From the IMG/VR virus record IMGVR_UViG_2851938318_000004: 25,161 nt of DNA, one strand, 5' to 3'. This document shows, piece after piece, positions 1-8,072 of this stretch (positions within the stretch are counted from its first letter, which is position 1; each line of letters begins with the position of its first letter). The notes beneath the pieces were generated by a model. That model made no database searches, had not been told where the DNA came from, and saw only the letters and a program-made list of their open reading frames with translations. The position numbers and the translations under genes were made by a program. Source of the DNA: a virus (lineage: Duplodnaviria > Heunggongvirae > Uroviricota > Caudoviricetes).

Positions 1-714
1 CTAACTGGATCGCTGTACGTAATCGCGGTGACCATTCCTTGATTTGTTTGGTGCCGGTTTTGTTTTGCTCAATGTCCCTTTATCCATAATATCCTGCCAT
101 TTCAACTCAAGCACATCACCGAGTCTTGCCGCACAGAGATAGGAAATCTCCATTGCAATGCGTAACTGTGGAATTGCTTCCGCATATATCGCCGCATACT
201 GTTCATCGGTGATGTAAACAGTGCGGGCTTTAAGAGAGAATTTTCTGACTCCTTTGCATGGGTTATTCTTCACATACCCACGCTCATATCCCCACCCGTA
301 TACTCGACTCAGGCTTGCCAGTTCATGATTTGCCTGGGTCTTGCTCTCAAGCCCTCGTTTATCCATGAAAATTCTTACCTGCTCAGTTTTGACATTATCA
401 GCAAGCACTTTTCCGAATACCATCAGCAACGCCTTCTGATGTTGTCGATAATCTTTTTGGGTTCGGGGGGCCAGTTCTGTAAATGCAGGGGAGTCCATAA
501 ACATGTGCCATAATTTAGCTACGGTCATTATGTTGTGGAGTTTTGCTTTTTCCAGTTCATAATTTTGCCAGACTTTAGCTACGCTGGTTTTCCGCACTCT
601 TCCTAGCCCTATAGTTCTTGTACTTCCTTCTGGTTTCCACACGTAACTGTAACCATTCGATCTAACCCGCGGTGGCAGTACATTATCTTTTTTATTTTTT
701 CTTGGTCTTCCCAT
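1..714 (-). CDS. Lambda-family tyrosine integrase, N-terminal 237 aa (arm-binding and core-binding domains, start of catalytic domain); frame ends at a stop at nt 1-3 before the catalytic His/Tyr region, so probably frameshifted or truncated
   Basis: ORF-track protein begins MGRPRKNKKDNVLPPRVRSNGYSYVW, resembling the lambda Int arm-binding N-terminus, and carries an AARLGDVLELKWQDI segment resembling the lambda Int catalytic Arg region. A different frame over nt 1-75 reads DIEQNKTGTKQIKEW, which looks like the continuation of an integrase core. Confidence 0.75.
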   Translation of the reverse strand: MGRPRKNKKDNVLPPRVRSNGYSYVWKPEGSTRTIGLGRVRKTSVAKVWQNYELEKAKLHNIMTVAKLWHMFMDSPAFTELAPRTQKDYRQHQKALLMVFGKVLADNVKTEQVRIFMDKRGLESKTQANHELASLSRVYGWGYERGYVKNNPCKGVRKFSLKARTVYITDEQYAAIYAEAIPQLRIAMEISYLCAARLGDVLELKWQDIMDKGTLSKTKPAPNKSRNGHRDYVQRSS

Positions 715-934
715 TATTCAGCGCCTCAAAATCGGGTTCAGCAGAAACCAGTTCAGATGTTTTTGGCATCGTTGTCAGTCCGTGTGGAATATCCCTGCGT
801 AGAACTATTGGTTCGTTTTTAGGACCGATTACAAATGGGATGCCGTGCAGTCTTAACTGGTGTTGCTGTTTTGTGTATCGCTCGTATTTCGTGATCTCTT
901 TAATCTCTGCTGGAGATAGAGTTAATTCGTACAT
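692..934 (-). CDS. xis: Excisionase (Xis-like), 80 aa, overlapping the int start
   Basis: Starts MYELTL and ends NGKTKKK, resembling lambda Xis (MYLTLQEW ... NGKKAKS). Position immediately upstream of and overlapping int is the classic xis-int arrangement. Confidence 0.65.
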   Translation of the reverse strand: MYELTLSPAEIKEITKYERYTKQQHQLRLHGIPFVIGPKNEPIVLRRDIPHGLTTMPKTSELVSAEPDFEALNNGKTKKK

Positions 935-1001
935 GTGGTCACGTGCCTTTACAGCATGACCGCCGCCACTGTAGCTGGTGGGCGGCGATATGGGTTGAAC
1001 A

Positions 1002-2054
1002 TTAAAAATCAGCCTGACTCGGGATCAGTTTTTGCCAGATAGCTGAAACGTATTTTGCCTGATAACGGGCGTCATCAAGTGCATTATGGCGCTCACCTTC
1101 GAATGGGATAGCAGTTCTGGCATCGAAGTCTATGGCTTTCCCCAGCTCAACGATTGTGCGTACATCGCGATCGTTGTAGTAACGCCACGGGCAGGGGATC
1201 CCCTGCCGTTCGTATGAACGGCGCAAAATCGTGTTGTCGAAGTTGGCTCCATTTCCCCAGACCTGAACAAAAAATTCACCGGAGTTTTCGTCGATAAATT
1301 CCCGCAATTGTAACAGTGCATCATCTAACGGGATTTCATCGGTCATAATGGCAGATTGCGCTTCGCGTGATTGCTTAAGCCACCATTTAATGGTGTCCCG
1401 ATCAATGACTCCGCCAGCAGTTTCCAGATCAATAGTCTTACTAAATTCCGGTCCCATATCTCCGGTTTGCGGATCGAAAAATATTGCACCTATCGAGATG
1501 ATCGGGGCATCAGGATTTTTTCCCATGGTTTCAAGGTCGATCATCAGATGAATCCCCGCTCTGCTGGTGGATGTGATTTCTTGATGACCGTTCACCTTAA
1601 TTGAGAGATCTGCCGTCTCGCCAGTTTCATTATCGCTATCGTGATGCTGATTGCCGCCAGTGTTCTCCTTGTGTGGATGTTCAGCGCCTTCCATTTCCTC
1701 CGGATCATCTTCCTGAACTTCAACCTGATACTCTTCATCGAATGTTTCCTGGTATGTTGCGTCGCCCATCACCGCGCCACAATCAGGGCAGTTGCCGCCG
1801 CCGGTCTGACCGCAGGCGGTGCAGACTTTTTCCACTTCCTGTTGCGCCACTGGTTCAGGCTGTTTCGTTTCTGGCTCGTTTTGTAACGCATTTGGGCTGT
1901 TTTGTTCCGCTTTTTGGTAGTTCCGTTCCGATTCATGCTGGTTCTGGTTTACAGAATCGCGGGTCTGGATCCCCTTAACCCATTTCGGATCATTCGGGTC
2001 GCTAATCCCTGCAACAAATTCTCCGCGAGAGGCAGCAAGCAACTTATCGGCGTC
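1002..2054 (-). pseudogene. C-terminal fragment of a prophage exonuclease split by IS629 (DEDDh DnaQ-like 3'-5' exonuclease fold)
   Basis: Motifs IDLETMG (Exo I), [10 protein letters not shown] (Exo II) and [10 protein letters not shown] (Exo III, H-x4-D), plus a CxxC...CxxC zinc-ribbon-like segment. The frame continues upstream through the GTC target duplication directly into the IS end. Confidence 0.8.
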
Positions 2055-2096
2055 TGAACCGCCCCGGGTTTCCTGGAGAGTGTTTTATCTGTGAAC

Positions 2097-2987
2097 TCAG
2101 GCTGCCAGATCATCGTTTCCGATGGAAGCATAATAAGCTTTTTCTGCTTCTGCCGGAGGAGTATGGCCCAGCCTTCCCAGCAATCGTCGATTGTTATACC
2201 AGTCCACCCACGTGAGTGTGGCCAGTTCCACTTCTGCACGGTTTTTCCAGCTCTTACGGTGTATTACCTCCGCTTTGTAAAGACCATTGATGCTCTCAGC
2301 CATCGCGTTGTCATACGAGTCGCCTGTACTCCCTGTTGATGCCAGTAATCCGGCTTCTTTTAGTCGCTCCGTATAGGCCAGTGACACATACTGAGAGCCT
2401 TTATCGCTGTGATGGATGGTGCCAGACGGACGACGGGCCCACAACGCCTGCTCCAGCGCATCCAGCACGAATGTCGTTTCCATAGACGATGAGACCCGCC
2501 ACCCCACGATGTATCCGGCAAACACATCAATGATAAACGCCACATAGACGAAGCCCTGCCATGTGCTGACGTAAGTAAAATCAGCCACCCACAGCTGGTC
2601 AGGTCGTTCTGCCACGAACTGACGGTTTACGCGGTCGCCTGCGGCAACGGCTTTCCGGCTGATGGTCGTACGGACCTTTTTACCCCGGAGAACACCGGCA
2701 AGTCCCATAACCGCCATGAGACGTGCCACTGTACATCTGGCCACCCTGATTCCTTCCCGTAACAACTGACGCCAGACTTTACGCACACCGTACACCTGAT
2801 GATTTTCATCGTATACGCGCTGTATCTCTCTCTTCAGCCAGTCGTCGTGCTGCGCACGGGCACTGCGTTTATCCGGATGATGTCGCTGTTGCTGACAATG
2901 GTAATACGTTGACGGGGCAATATGCAGTTCGCTGCATACCGGTCCGACCCCGTACTGCTCACGCAGCTTATCCAGCAGTGGCATCAT
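2097..2987 (-). CDS. IS3-family transposase OrfB (DDE integrase-like catalytic domain), IS629-like
   Basis: 296 aa ORF; 5' end overlaps orfA in the -1 frame. Confidence 0.9.
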   Translation of the reverse strand: MMPLLDKLREQYGVGPVCSELHIAPSTYYHCQQQRHHPDKRSARAQHDDWLKREIQRVYDENHQVYGVRKVWRQLLREGIRVARCTVARLMAVMGLAGVLRGKKVRTTISRKAVAAGDRVNRQFVAERPDQLWVADFTYVSTWQGFVYVAFIIDVFAGYIVGWRVSSSMETTFVLDALEQALWARRPSGTIHHSDKGSQYVSLAYTERLKEAGLLASTGSTGDSYDNAMAESINGLYKAEVIHRKSWKNRAEVELATLTWVDWYNNRRLLGRLGHTPPAEAEKAYYASIGNDDLAA

Positions 2988-3310
2988 TTTTTCCAGAGGC
3001 GGTCGAACTCCGCCTTCGCAAAATAAGCGGAAGCCTGGCGAAGGATATCGTTACTGCGGCGCAGTTCACGATTTTCACGTTCCAGCTCTTTCAGACGCTG
3101 ACGTTCAGCGCTGGTGAGCCCACCATCACCGCCCCCGGTATCCCGCTCATGCTGGCGAACCCAGACACGCAGAGTCTCCGGCGTACAGCCAATCTTTGGG
3201 GCAATGGAACAAATTGCCGCCCACTGTGAGTCATATTCATCCTGACTTTCCAGAACCATACGAATCGCCCGCTGACGGACTTCGGGGGAAAAACGAGTAT
3301 TTTTAGTCAT
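2984..3310 (-). CDS. IS3-family transposase OrfA (HTH DNA-binding), IS629-like
   Basis: 108 aa, [26 protein letters not shown]... with C-terminal leucine-zipper-like [21 protein letters not shown]. Confidence 0.9.
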   Translation of the reverse strand: MTKNTRFSPEVRQRAIRMVLESQDEYDSQWAAICSIAPKIGCTPETLRVWVRQHERDTGGGDGGLTSAERQRLKELERENRELRRSNDILRQASAYFAKAEFDRLWKK

Positions 3311-3364
3311 CCTGTTTACCTCTTTCTCAGGGAGTTTAGTCTCCAGGATTTCCGGGGCGGTTCA

Positions 3365-4786
3365 GTCAGGCTGGCTGATATTGGCTGCCTGCATAATTTT
3401 GTTTACTTCGTCAGCGGTAACTTTTACCGGCCCTGGTTGTGCGGTCGTGTCAGATGCACCAGTATTTTGTTGTGAACCTGAGTATGTACCGTTTTTGCGG
3501 GCGAAATATTCTTCTTTCGTGATTTCAGTAGCCCCGGCAGCCAGTGCCTTATCCAGACCAGAAAGTTTGTTTGCGCGACCGTATTTTTCGCCATCCTTGT
3601 CGGTGAAGAGGAAGTAGAACGGCCCCTCACGCTCTACAGATGGTTCGACTTCCACTTTGCATTCGGTTTTTTCGTTGTCCGGAATTGCCGTTTCCACTGC
3701 ATCAGTTTCTGGTACTGGCGACGAGAGAGTATCAGTTGCGCTCTGATTTCTTCCTTCATCTTCAAACACGCCCTTTGTAGTCAGGTATTCAGTAATGTAT
3801 TTGTTCAGTGCCACAGGGTCTTTGTGAATGTCGATCGGACGTTCACGGACAAGGCCAAAAATAGTCTGGCGGTCGTAGCGAAGGGCATCAGGCTGTTTGC
3901 GCATTGATGCCGAGATACGCTTCCAGTCTTCGCGGTCGTTGTCGATAACTTCATTTTTTGCCCAGCGATGGATGCTGCCGTCAATGTTTCCGGCATCCAC
4001 ATCACCAGGCCAGAGAGCGTAGGCCAGTTCGTCATCCAGTGTTTTCCATGTCTGCTTGTATTCGCGATGAATGGCAGCAATGACCGGGCTGATTTTTCCT
4101 GTTGAATTTTCAGTGTGCTGTTGATTGGTTCTGGCGCGGGCGAGATCAACAACAGACGTGTATTTTCCGGTTTCCTTGCGTTCACCTTCGCGACGTTTTT
4201 TCCAGATGCGCATCTCTGCCTGAATTTCGGGCCATTTGGCACCAGGCTTACATTTATGCTTAACCCACCCGATGGCATGCAGCTTAAGCTCCGGATACAT
4301 GGCGTTAACATCTGGCATTTTCATCAACGCTTCAACGATATGTCCGTCGAATGTTGCCATGTCTTCCTGCAACAATTCCTGTGCGCTAATAACCATATCA
4401 ACGGTGATGTTTTCACATGTGTCGAACTTAACCATGACAGCGTTCTGTACTTCAGGGGCCAGCTTGTCAAAAGTGACGTTCATCGGATCGGATTCAGTCT
4501 CAACCGGGACAAAGGAAGCAGACTCCTCATCCCAGCGGTTTTCCTGCATATATTCAGCATCCCAGGAATCGAGGGCAGGGCGGGGTATACCGGGTTTATC
4601 CTCGCAAACAAGAAATTTATAAGCGCAGTCCTGAGCAGCCGGATAATGTTCCAGGAATTGCCAGTGAAATTTTGCTCGAGCACGGCGTTCGTCGCCAGCT
4701 TCAATGGCAGTGGCTACAGCGACTGCACCTTCTTCCTTTATTGCCTGTTCGTCCGGAATGGCGGCGCAAATAAAGACTTTACTCAT
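3365..4786 (-). pseudogene. N-terminal fragment (474 aa) of the same IS-split prophage exonuclease
   Basis: ORF terminates exactly at the TGA formed by the IS629 terminus (3362-3364). Its last codon is the GTC target duplication and is in frame with the downstream fragment. SD-like GAGG upstream of the ATG at 4786. Confidence 0.75.
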
Positions 4787-4878
4787 TTTGTTTTACCTCA
4801 TTACAGATTTAAGGGTGAACAAATCCCTGCCATTGCTGGCATATAAGAATGAAATCGGATGTTTATTACGGAACTGTT

Positions 4879-5070
4879 TTAAAGACCTGCCGGGATTTCG
4901 TTATTATCCTGGTGAATAACTTTATCGACCGGGTAACAGTTACCGGGAATTTTCTGTTCGGTTGCTGCAGTCACACACTCCTGCATTGTCCTGTGAACAC
5001 TGACTGCAATATCAACTGGCTCTCCGGAAACAAGAAAAACTGTCAGAACAAGTGCAAATGCTGTATTCAT
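4879..5070 (-). CDS. ydfD: YdfD-like small lysis protein (63 aa) with N-terminal hydrophobic signal/anchor segment
   Basis: MNTAFALVLTVFLVSGEPVD... matches K-12 Qin YdfD in length and, from memory, sequence. Start overlaps the dicB stop (ATGA); AAGGA SD upstream. Confidence 0.8.
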   Translation of the reverse strand: MNTAFALVLTVFLVSGEPVDIAVSVHRTMQECVTAATEQKIPGNCYPVDKVIHQDNNEIPAGL

Positions 5071-5255
5071 TGCCAGCATCCTTTTTGTATCGGACGTAAA
5101 CGGGCCAGCATTGAAAGAATGCATATTTTATTTAATAGCTCCCGTTCGTGTTTTCTCTTGTTAATGGCATCTTCAGTAAATACAGGGTTACTGATAGTGA
5201 CACCAATTTCAAAACAACCTTCAGACGTATTAACGTTTGGTAATAACGTTTCCAT
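5067..5255 (-). CDS. dicB: Cell division inhibitor DicB (62 aa)
   Basis: METLLPNVNTSEGCFEIGVTISNPVFTEDAINKRK... matches remembered DicB of the Qin/Kim prophage; GAGGA SD 7 nt upstream. Confidence 0.85.
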   Translation of the reverse strand: METLLPNVNTSEGCFEIGVTISNPVFTEDAINKRKHERELLNKICILSMLARLRPIQKGCWQ

Positions 5256-5424
5256 TATCGCGTCCTCAACAATGAATTTTGTGATGCGGTGCCTGGTGCC
5301 TCCAGGTGACGTTAACCAGTTAACAATTAACGCCGGATACAGAGAATCCACCCATAACACTGTTTTTGGTTTTAACTGTTCCGCGTGCGCTCAGCCGCAT
5401 TCACCGCATCACAAAATTCACTTT

Positions 5425-5482
5425 AAAAAGGGCGGCAGAGCAGTCACGGAGTAAAACTGATACCGCCAAACGTCACCAGAAA
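5425..5482 (-). ncRNA. dicF: DicF-like small regulatory RNA (ftsZ-targeting sRNA family), about 58 nt including terminator U-tract
   Basis: Minus strand reads TTTCTGGTGACGTTTGGCGGTATCAGTTTTACTCCGTGACTGCTCTGCCGCCCTTTTT, with a GGCGG...CCGCC hairpin plus T-run. Lies about 170 nt upstream of dicB on the same strand, as in K-12. Confidence 0.7.
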
Positions 5483-5786
5483 ATTGATAACAGAGGGCGT
5501 TGCAGCGGGGTTGTCACTTAAGCGTATGGTCAACCTGACAACCCGGTGTCCTCAACGGGGAAGGAATAACCCCGCCATACTTACCGCCGCGCCATTTCGC
5601 GGATTGCCACAACCGGAAGCGCACGATCGAATTAAATTTAACGACGACCTATACAGAGAGACTAACTTCGCCGGGCGCTTTCGTGTTATGCCCTGACTTT
5701 TCAGGGATATATCCTTTTCAGTAAACTGTCAGTGCCGGATTCTTATCCGTGTCCGGCGCACGCACTCTACCTCACCTGTGAATAAA

Positions 5787-6161
5787 TTAATGATTAATTG
5801 ATATTTTGTTGTTTGATTCAACTTTCCCATCGGATGTGTGATGCTTTAAATCACAGGAATTAATACTGCTCGCTGTAAAATGATTTTCAAGGGGAGCTAT
5901 TCGAATCCCTTTCTTTTTCATTAACAAGCCAAATCCTTTATTAATGATGTCCATTAATTCCAGGAAGTATTTTTCATGTAAATCCTGGTTATCAGAGAGC
6001 TGCTTCTCTTCGTACAGACCGATAAAGGCACGACGCACGTTACCGGATATAGTATCGATGGTTTCTTTTTCTACGGTACTCAGGTCAAGAGTCGCCAGTT
6101 GAGAGCGAACCACATTCGATGCCATTTCCTGGAATGGTACTGGTAAATCTTTAAATTCCAT
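5787..6161 (-). CDS. Hypothetical protein, 124 aa, in the leftward early operon
   Basis: GAGG SD before internal start MEFKDLP...; its start region overlaps the stop of the upstream small gene (TGATG). No recognisable motif. Confidence 0.5.
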   Translation of the reverse strand: MEFKDLPVPFQEMASNVVRSQLATLDLSTVEKETIDTISGNVRRAFIGLYEEKQLSDNQDLHEKYFLELMDIINKGFGLLMKKKGIRIAPLENHFTASSINSCDLKHHTSDGKVESNNKISINH

Positions 6162-6172
6162 CGTCAACCTCA

Positions 6173-6325
6173 TCAGTCAGTGTTTCTGGTTAACCAGCGA
6201 CGCGCGCCAGCTTCAGTTTTAAACGTTTTGCTTCTGGTATACGTCATCGCGGTAAACGTGCCGTCCTGGTTGGGAAACACGCCGTACACCAGAGATTCGT
6301 TGTTGCCAAGATCGATAGTATCCAT
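6173..6325 (-). CDS. Small hypothetical protein, 50 aa (YdfA-like position and size)
   Basis: MDTIDLGNNESLVYGVFPNQDG... with GAGG SD; first gene left of the repressor region. Confidence 0.5.
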   Translation of the reverse strand: MDTIDLGNNESLVYGVFPNQDGTFTAMTYTRSKTFKTEAGARRWLTRNTD

Positions 6326-6509
6326 GCTGACCTCATTTCCCCTTAACGCTGGGGTAGCGGAACTAAAAACCTGCTGCGCTGTTATACAAAGTGTTCCCGC
6401 CGTCATGTTCATACGCCTCGGGCTGGCTACTTACCCCCTGACCACTGCTTGGTAACTCGAAGTATTGCCCGGCGTTCTGTGGGGCGGGGTGGGTTGGTAT
6501 GTTGTTAAG

Positions 6510-6523
6510 GTAACAAGAGTTAC
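6510..6523. promoter_or_regulatory. Candidate OL operator: inverted repeat GTAAC-AAGA-GTTAC
   Basis: Same half-sites and 4-nt spacing as the two sites in the cI-cro intergenic region. Confidence 0.4.
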
Positions 6524-6568
6524 CTTTTGGGTTAATACAATGTTGCAAAAGGTACATTTGAGGGCATG

Positions 6569-6590
6569 AAAAACCCGCAATGAATGCGGG
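6569..6590 (-). terminator. Intrinsic terminator downstream of the repressor gene
   Basis: Minus strand CCCGCA-TTCAT-TGCGGG followed by TTTTT, 8 nt after the cI stop. Confidence 0.55.
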
Positions 6591-6597
6591 TTCTGAC

Positions 6598-7272
6598 TCA
6601 GTCTAAGTATTGATGTATTTGTGAAACTTTACCTTTAATGGTGTAACCACCATTCAGTTCGATGGGTTTGTAAAGCGGATTCAGTGACAACAGATAGATG
6701 TTTGGTCCGTCAATCGCAACTTTTTTTAGTGTTACGTTTGGCGTTCCTTCCAATTGGATTAAGATTATTTTTCCCACCAGTTCTCTAATGTTACTTGAGC
6801 ATGGTGTGATCAGCACGGTAGATCCGTCGGGGATGGTTGGGAGGCCGTTAGAGTTTGTCATCGCATCTCCCTCAACATGCAATAAAAAAGAGTTTTCAGC
6901 GGTTTTTGTCATGACATCAACCCAATTCTTAATACCAGGAATCTCGGTTACTGGACAACTCATATCCCAATAACCAGCCTGTTCCCACGTTAAAACGGGC
7001 AACCGGGCGATGTTGTCACTAATGTAAGGGTACTGATTCAGACGCAGATCATCGGCTTTATCGTGACCGTCCTTTCCATAAAGAATCCATTCAGGAGATT
7101 TGGAAAGCAATTTTGACAGTAGATACAAATTCTCACCGTCAGGTTTTGAAGAGCCATTTTCCCATTTTGTTACGGATACACGAGATATGCCGATTGCTTT
7201 CGCAACCTGCTGTTGGGTTAATCCAACGTCTTTTCGACGATTCCGAATACGTTCGCTGATAGTGTTTTTCAT
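6598..7272 (-). CDS. CI-type prophage repressor (N-terminal HTH, C-terminal S24 LexA-like autopeptidase domain), 224 aa from the second in-frame ATG
   Basis: HTH LTQQQVAKAIGISRVSVTKWENG; C-terminal domain with S24-like length and layout. Start at 7272 preferred over 7314 because it leaves a 91-bp operator region before cro. Confidence 0.85.
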   Translation of the reverse strand: MKNTISERIRNRRKDVGLTQQQVAKAIGISRVSVTKWENGSSKPDGENLYLLSKLLSKSPEWILYGKDGHDKADDLRLNQYPYISDNIARLPVLTWEQAGYWDMSCPVTEIPGIKNWVDVMTKTAENSFLLHVEGDAMTNSNGLPTIPDGSTVLITPCSSNIRELVGKIILIQLEGTPNVTLKKVAIDGPNIYLLSLNPLYKPIELNGGYTIKGKVSQIHQYLD

Positions 7273-7334
7273 GTAACCAATGTTACTACCAAGTGATGTT
7301 GCTATGGTTGACATTGTTATGTAACTATTGTTAC
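7273..7334. promoter_or_regulatory. OR-like operator/promoter region: two GTAAC-N4-GTTAC inverted repeats (7273-7286, 7321-7334) flanking a TTGACA hexamer (7308-7313)
   Basis: Inverted repeats read directly from sequence; the first abuts the cI start codon. Confidence 0.5.
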
Positions 7335-7363
7335 CCTTCTACTCGAAATAACAGGAGAGTTTT

Positions 7364-7579
7364 ATGTTCAAAGATGATGTTCTGCGCTATTTCAAAAAAA
7401 AGCGACTAGTAGCTGAGGCTCTTGGAATTTCACATGTGGCTGTTGTGCGGTGGAAAGCAGTTATTCCCAAACTTCGCGCAATGGAACTGGATGAAATTAC
7501 TAACGGTGAATTGAAATACAACCCAGAACTTTACAAGAAGCAGGATAGCACCTCAAACGAAGGAAAGAATGATTCATGA
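7364..7579 (+). CDS. Cro-like HTH regulator, 71 aa
   Basis: HTH segment KKRLVAEALGISHVAVVRWKAV; divergent from the repressor; AGGAG SD. Confidence 0.75.
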   Translation: MFKDDVLRYFKKKRLVAEALGISHVAVVRWKAVIPKLRAMELDEITNGELKYNPELYKKQDSTSNEGKNDS

Positions 7580-8001
7580 AAATCAAGCATGAACACATCC
7601 GCATGGCGATGAATGTCTGGGCGCATCCGGACGGCGAAAAAGTACCGGCTGCGAAAATTACCAAAGCGTATTTCGAGCTGGGAATGACGTTCCCGGAACT
7701 GTATGACGACAGCCATCCGGAAGCCCTAGCCCGTAATACCCAGAAAATTTTCCGCTGGGTAGAGAAAGACACCCCTGATGCAGTTGAAAAAATTCAGGCG
7801 TTGTTACCAGCGATCGAAAAGGCAATGCCACCTTTGCTGGTGGCCAGAATGCGCAGCCACAGTTCAGCTTATTTTCGGGAGCTGGTGGAGACGCGGGAGC
7901 GACTGGTGAGAGACGCTGATGATTTTGTAGCAGTGGCAATCGCCGGTTTCAATCAGATGAACCGTGGTGGCCCGGCAGGAAATGCTGTGGCAGTTCATTG
8001 A
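7576..8001 (+). CDS. ydaT: YdaT-like protein (CII functional-analogue family), 141 aa
   Basis: Begins MKIKHEHI; sits immediately after cro with an ATGA start/stop overlap, the position of cII. Confidence 0.6.
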   Translation: MKIKHEHIRMAMNVWAHPDGEKVPAAKITKAYFELGMTFPELYDDSHPEALARNTQKIFRWVEKDTPDAVEKIQALLPAIEKAMPPLLVARMRSHSSAYFRELVETRERLVRDADDFVAVAIAGFNQMNRGGPAGNAVAVH

Positions 8002-8072
8002 CTGACAATAGCCATATCGAATCGCTTCCGGCAACTCGTGAGTAAAAAGATTCGGTATCAGAAGAGGTGAGT

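Larger units (their letters stand above)
2055..3364 (-). mobile_element. IS629-like insertion sequence (IS3 family), copy 1, 1310 bp, complete, flanked by 3-bp direct repeat GTC
   Basis: Terminal inverted repeats TGAACCGCCCCGGG at both ends. orfA ([15 protein letters not shown]...) and orfB overlap at an A-rich slippery run typical of IS3-family -1 frameshifting. GTC at 2052-2054 and 3365-3367. Confidence 0.9.

Noticed and set aside
2091-3229. Plus-strand ORFs inside IS629 copy 1 (2091-2339, 2909-3229) and their copy 2 equivalents
   Set aside because: They lie antisense to the well-supported transposase genes and use non-ATG starts; they differ between the copies only through the single SNP.
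1002-4786. Naming the split exonuclease as RecE specifically
   Set aside because: Domain layout and size fit proteins annotated exodeoxyribonuclease VIII, but I cannot verify sequence identity to RecE from memory; left as a generic prophage exonuclease.
3805-4846. ORFs 3805-4311 (minus), 4115-4846 (plus) and 4236-4622 (plus) overlapping the exonuclease N-terminal fragment
   Set aside because: They lie antisense to or out of frame within a far longer, motif-supported ORF and have no ribosome-binding sites; treated as shadow ORFs.
5484-5696. 70-aa plus-strand ORF in the dicF-dicB upstream region
   Set aside because: TTG start, no SD, and it overlaps the region that encodes the DicF RNA on the other strand; more likely non-coding operon leader.
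6598-7314. Longer 238-aa form of the repressor starting at 7314
   Set aside because: It would leave only 49 bp between divergent start codons and place the first operator dyad inside the coding sequence; the 7272 start is preferred, though a leaderless transcript from 7314 is not excluded.
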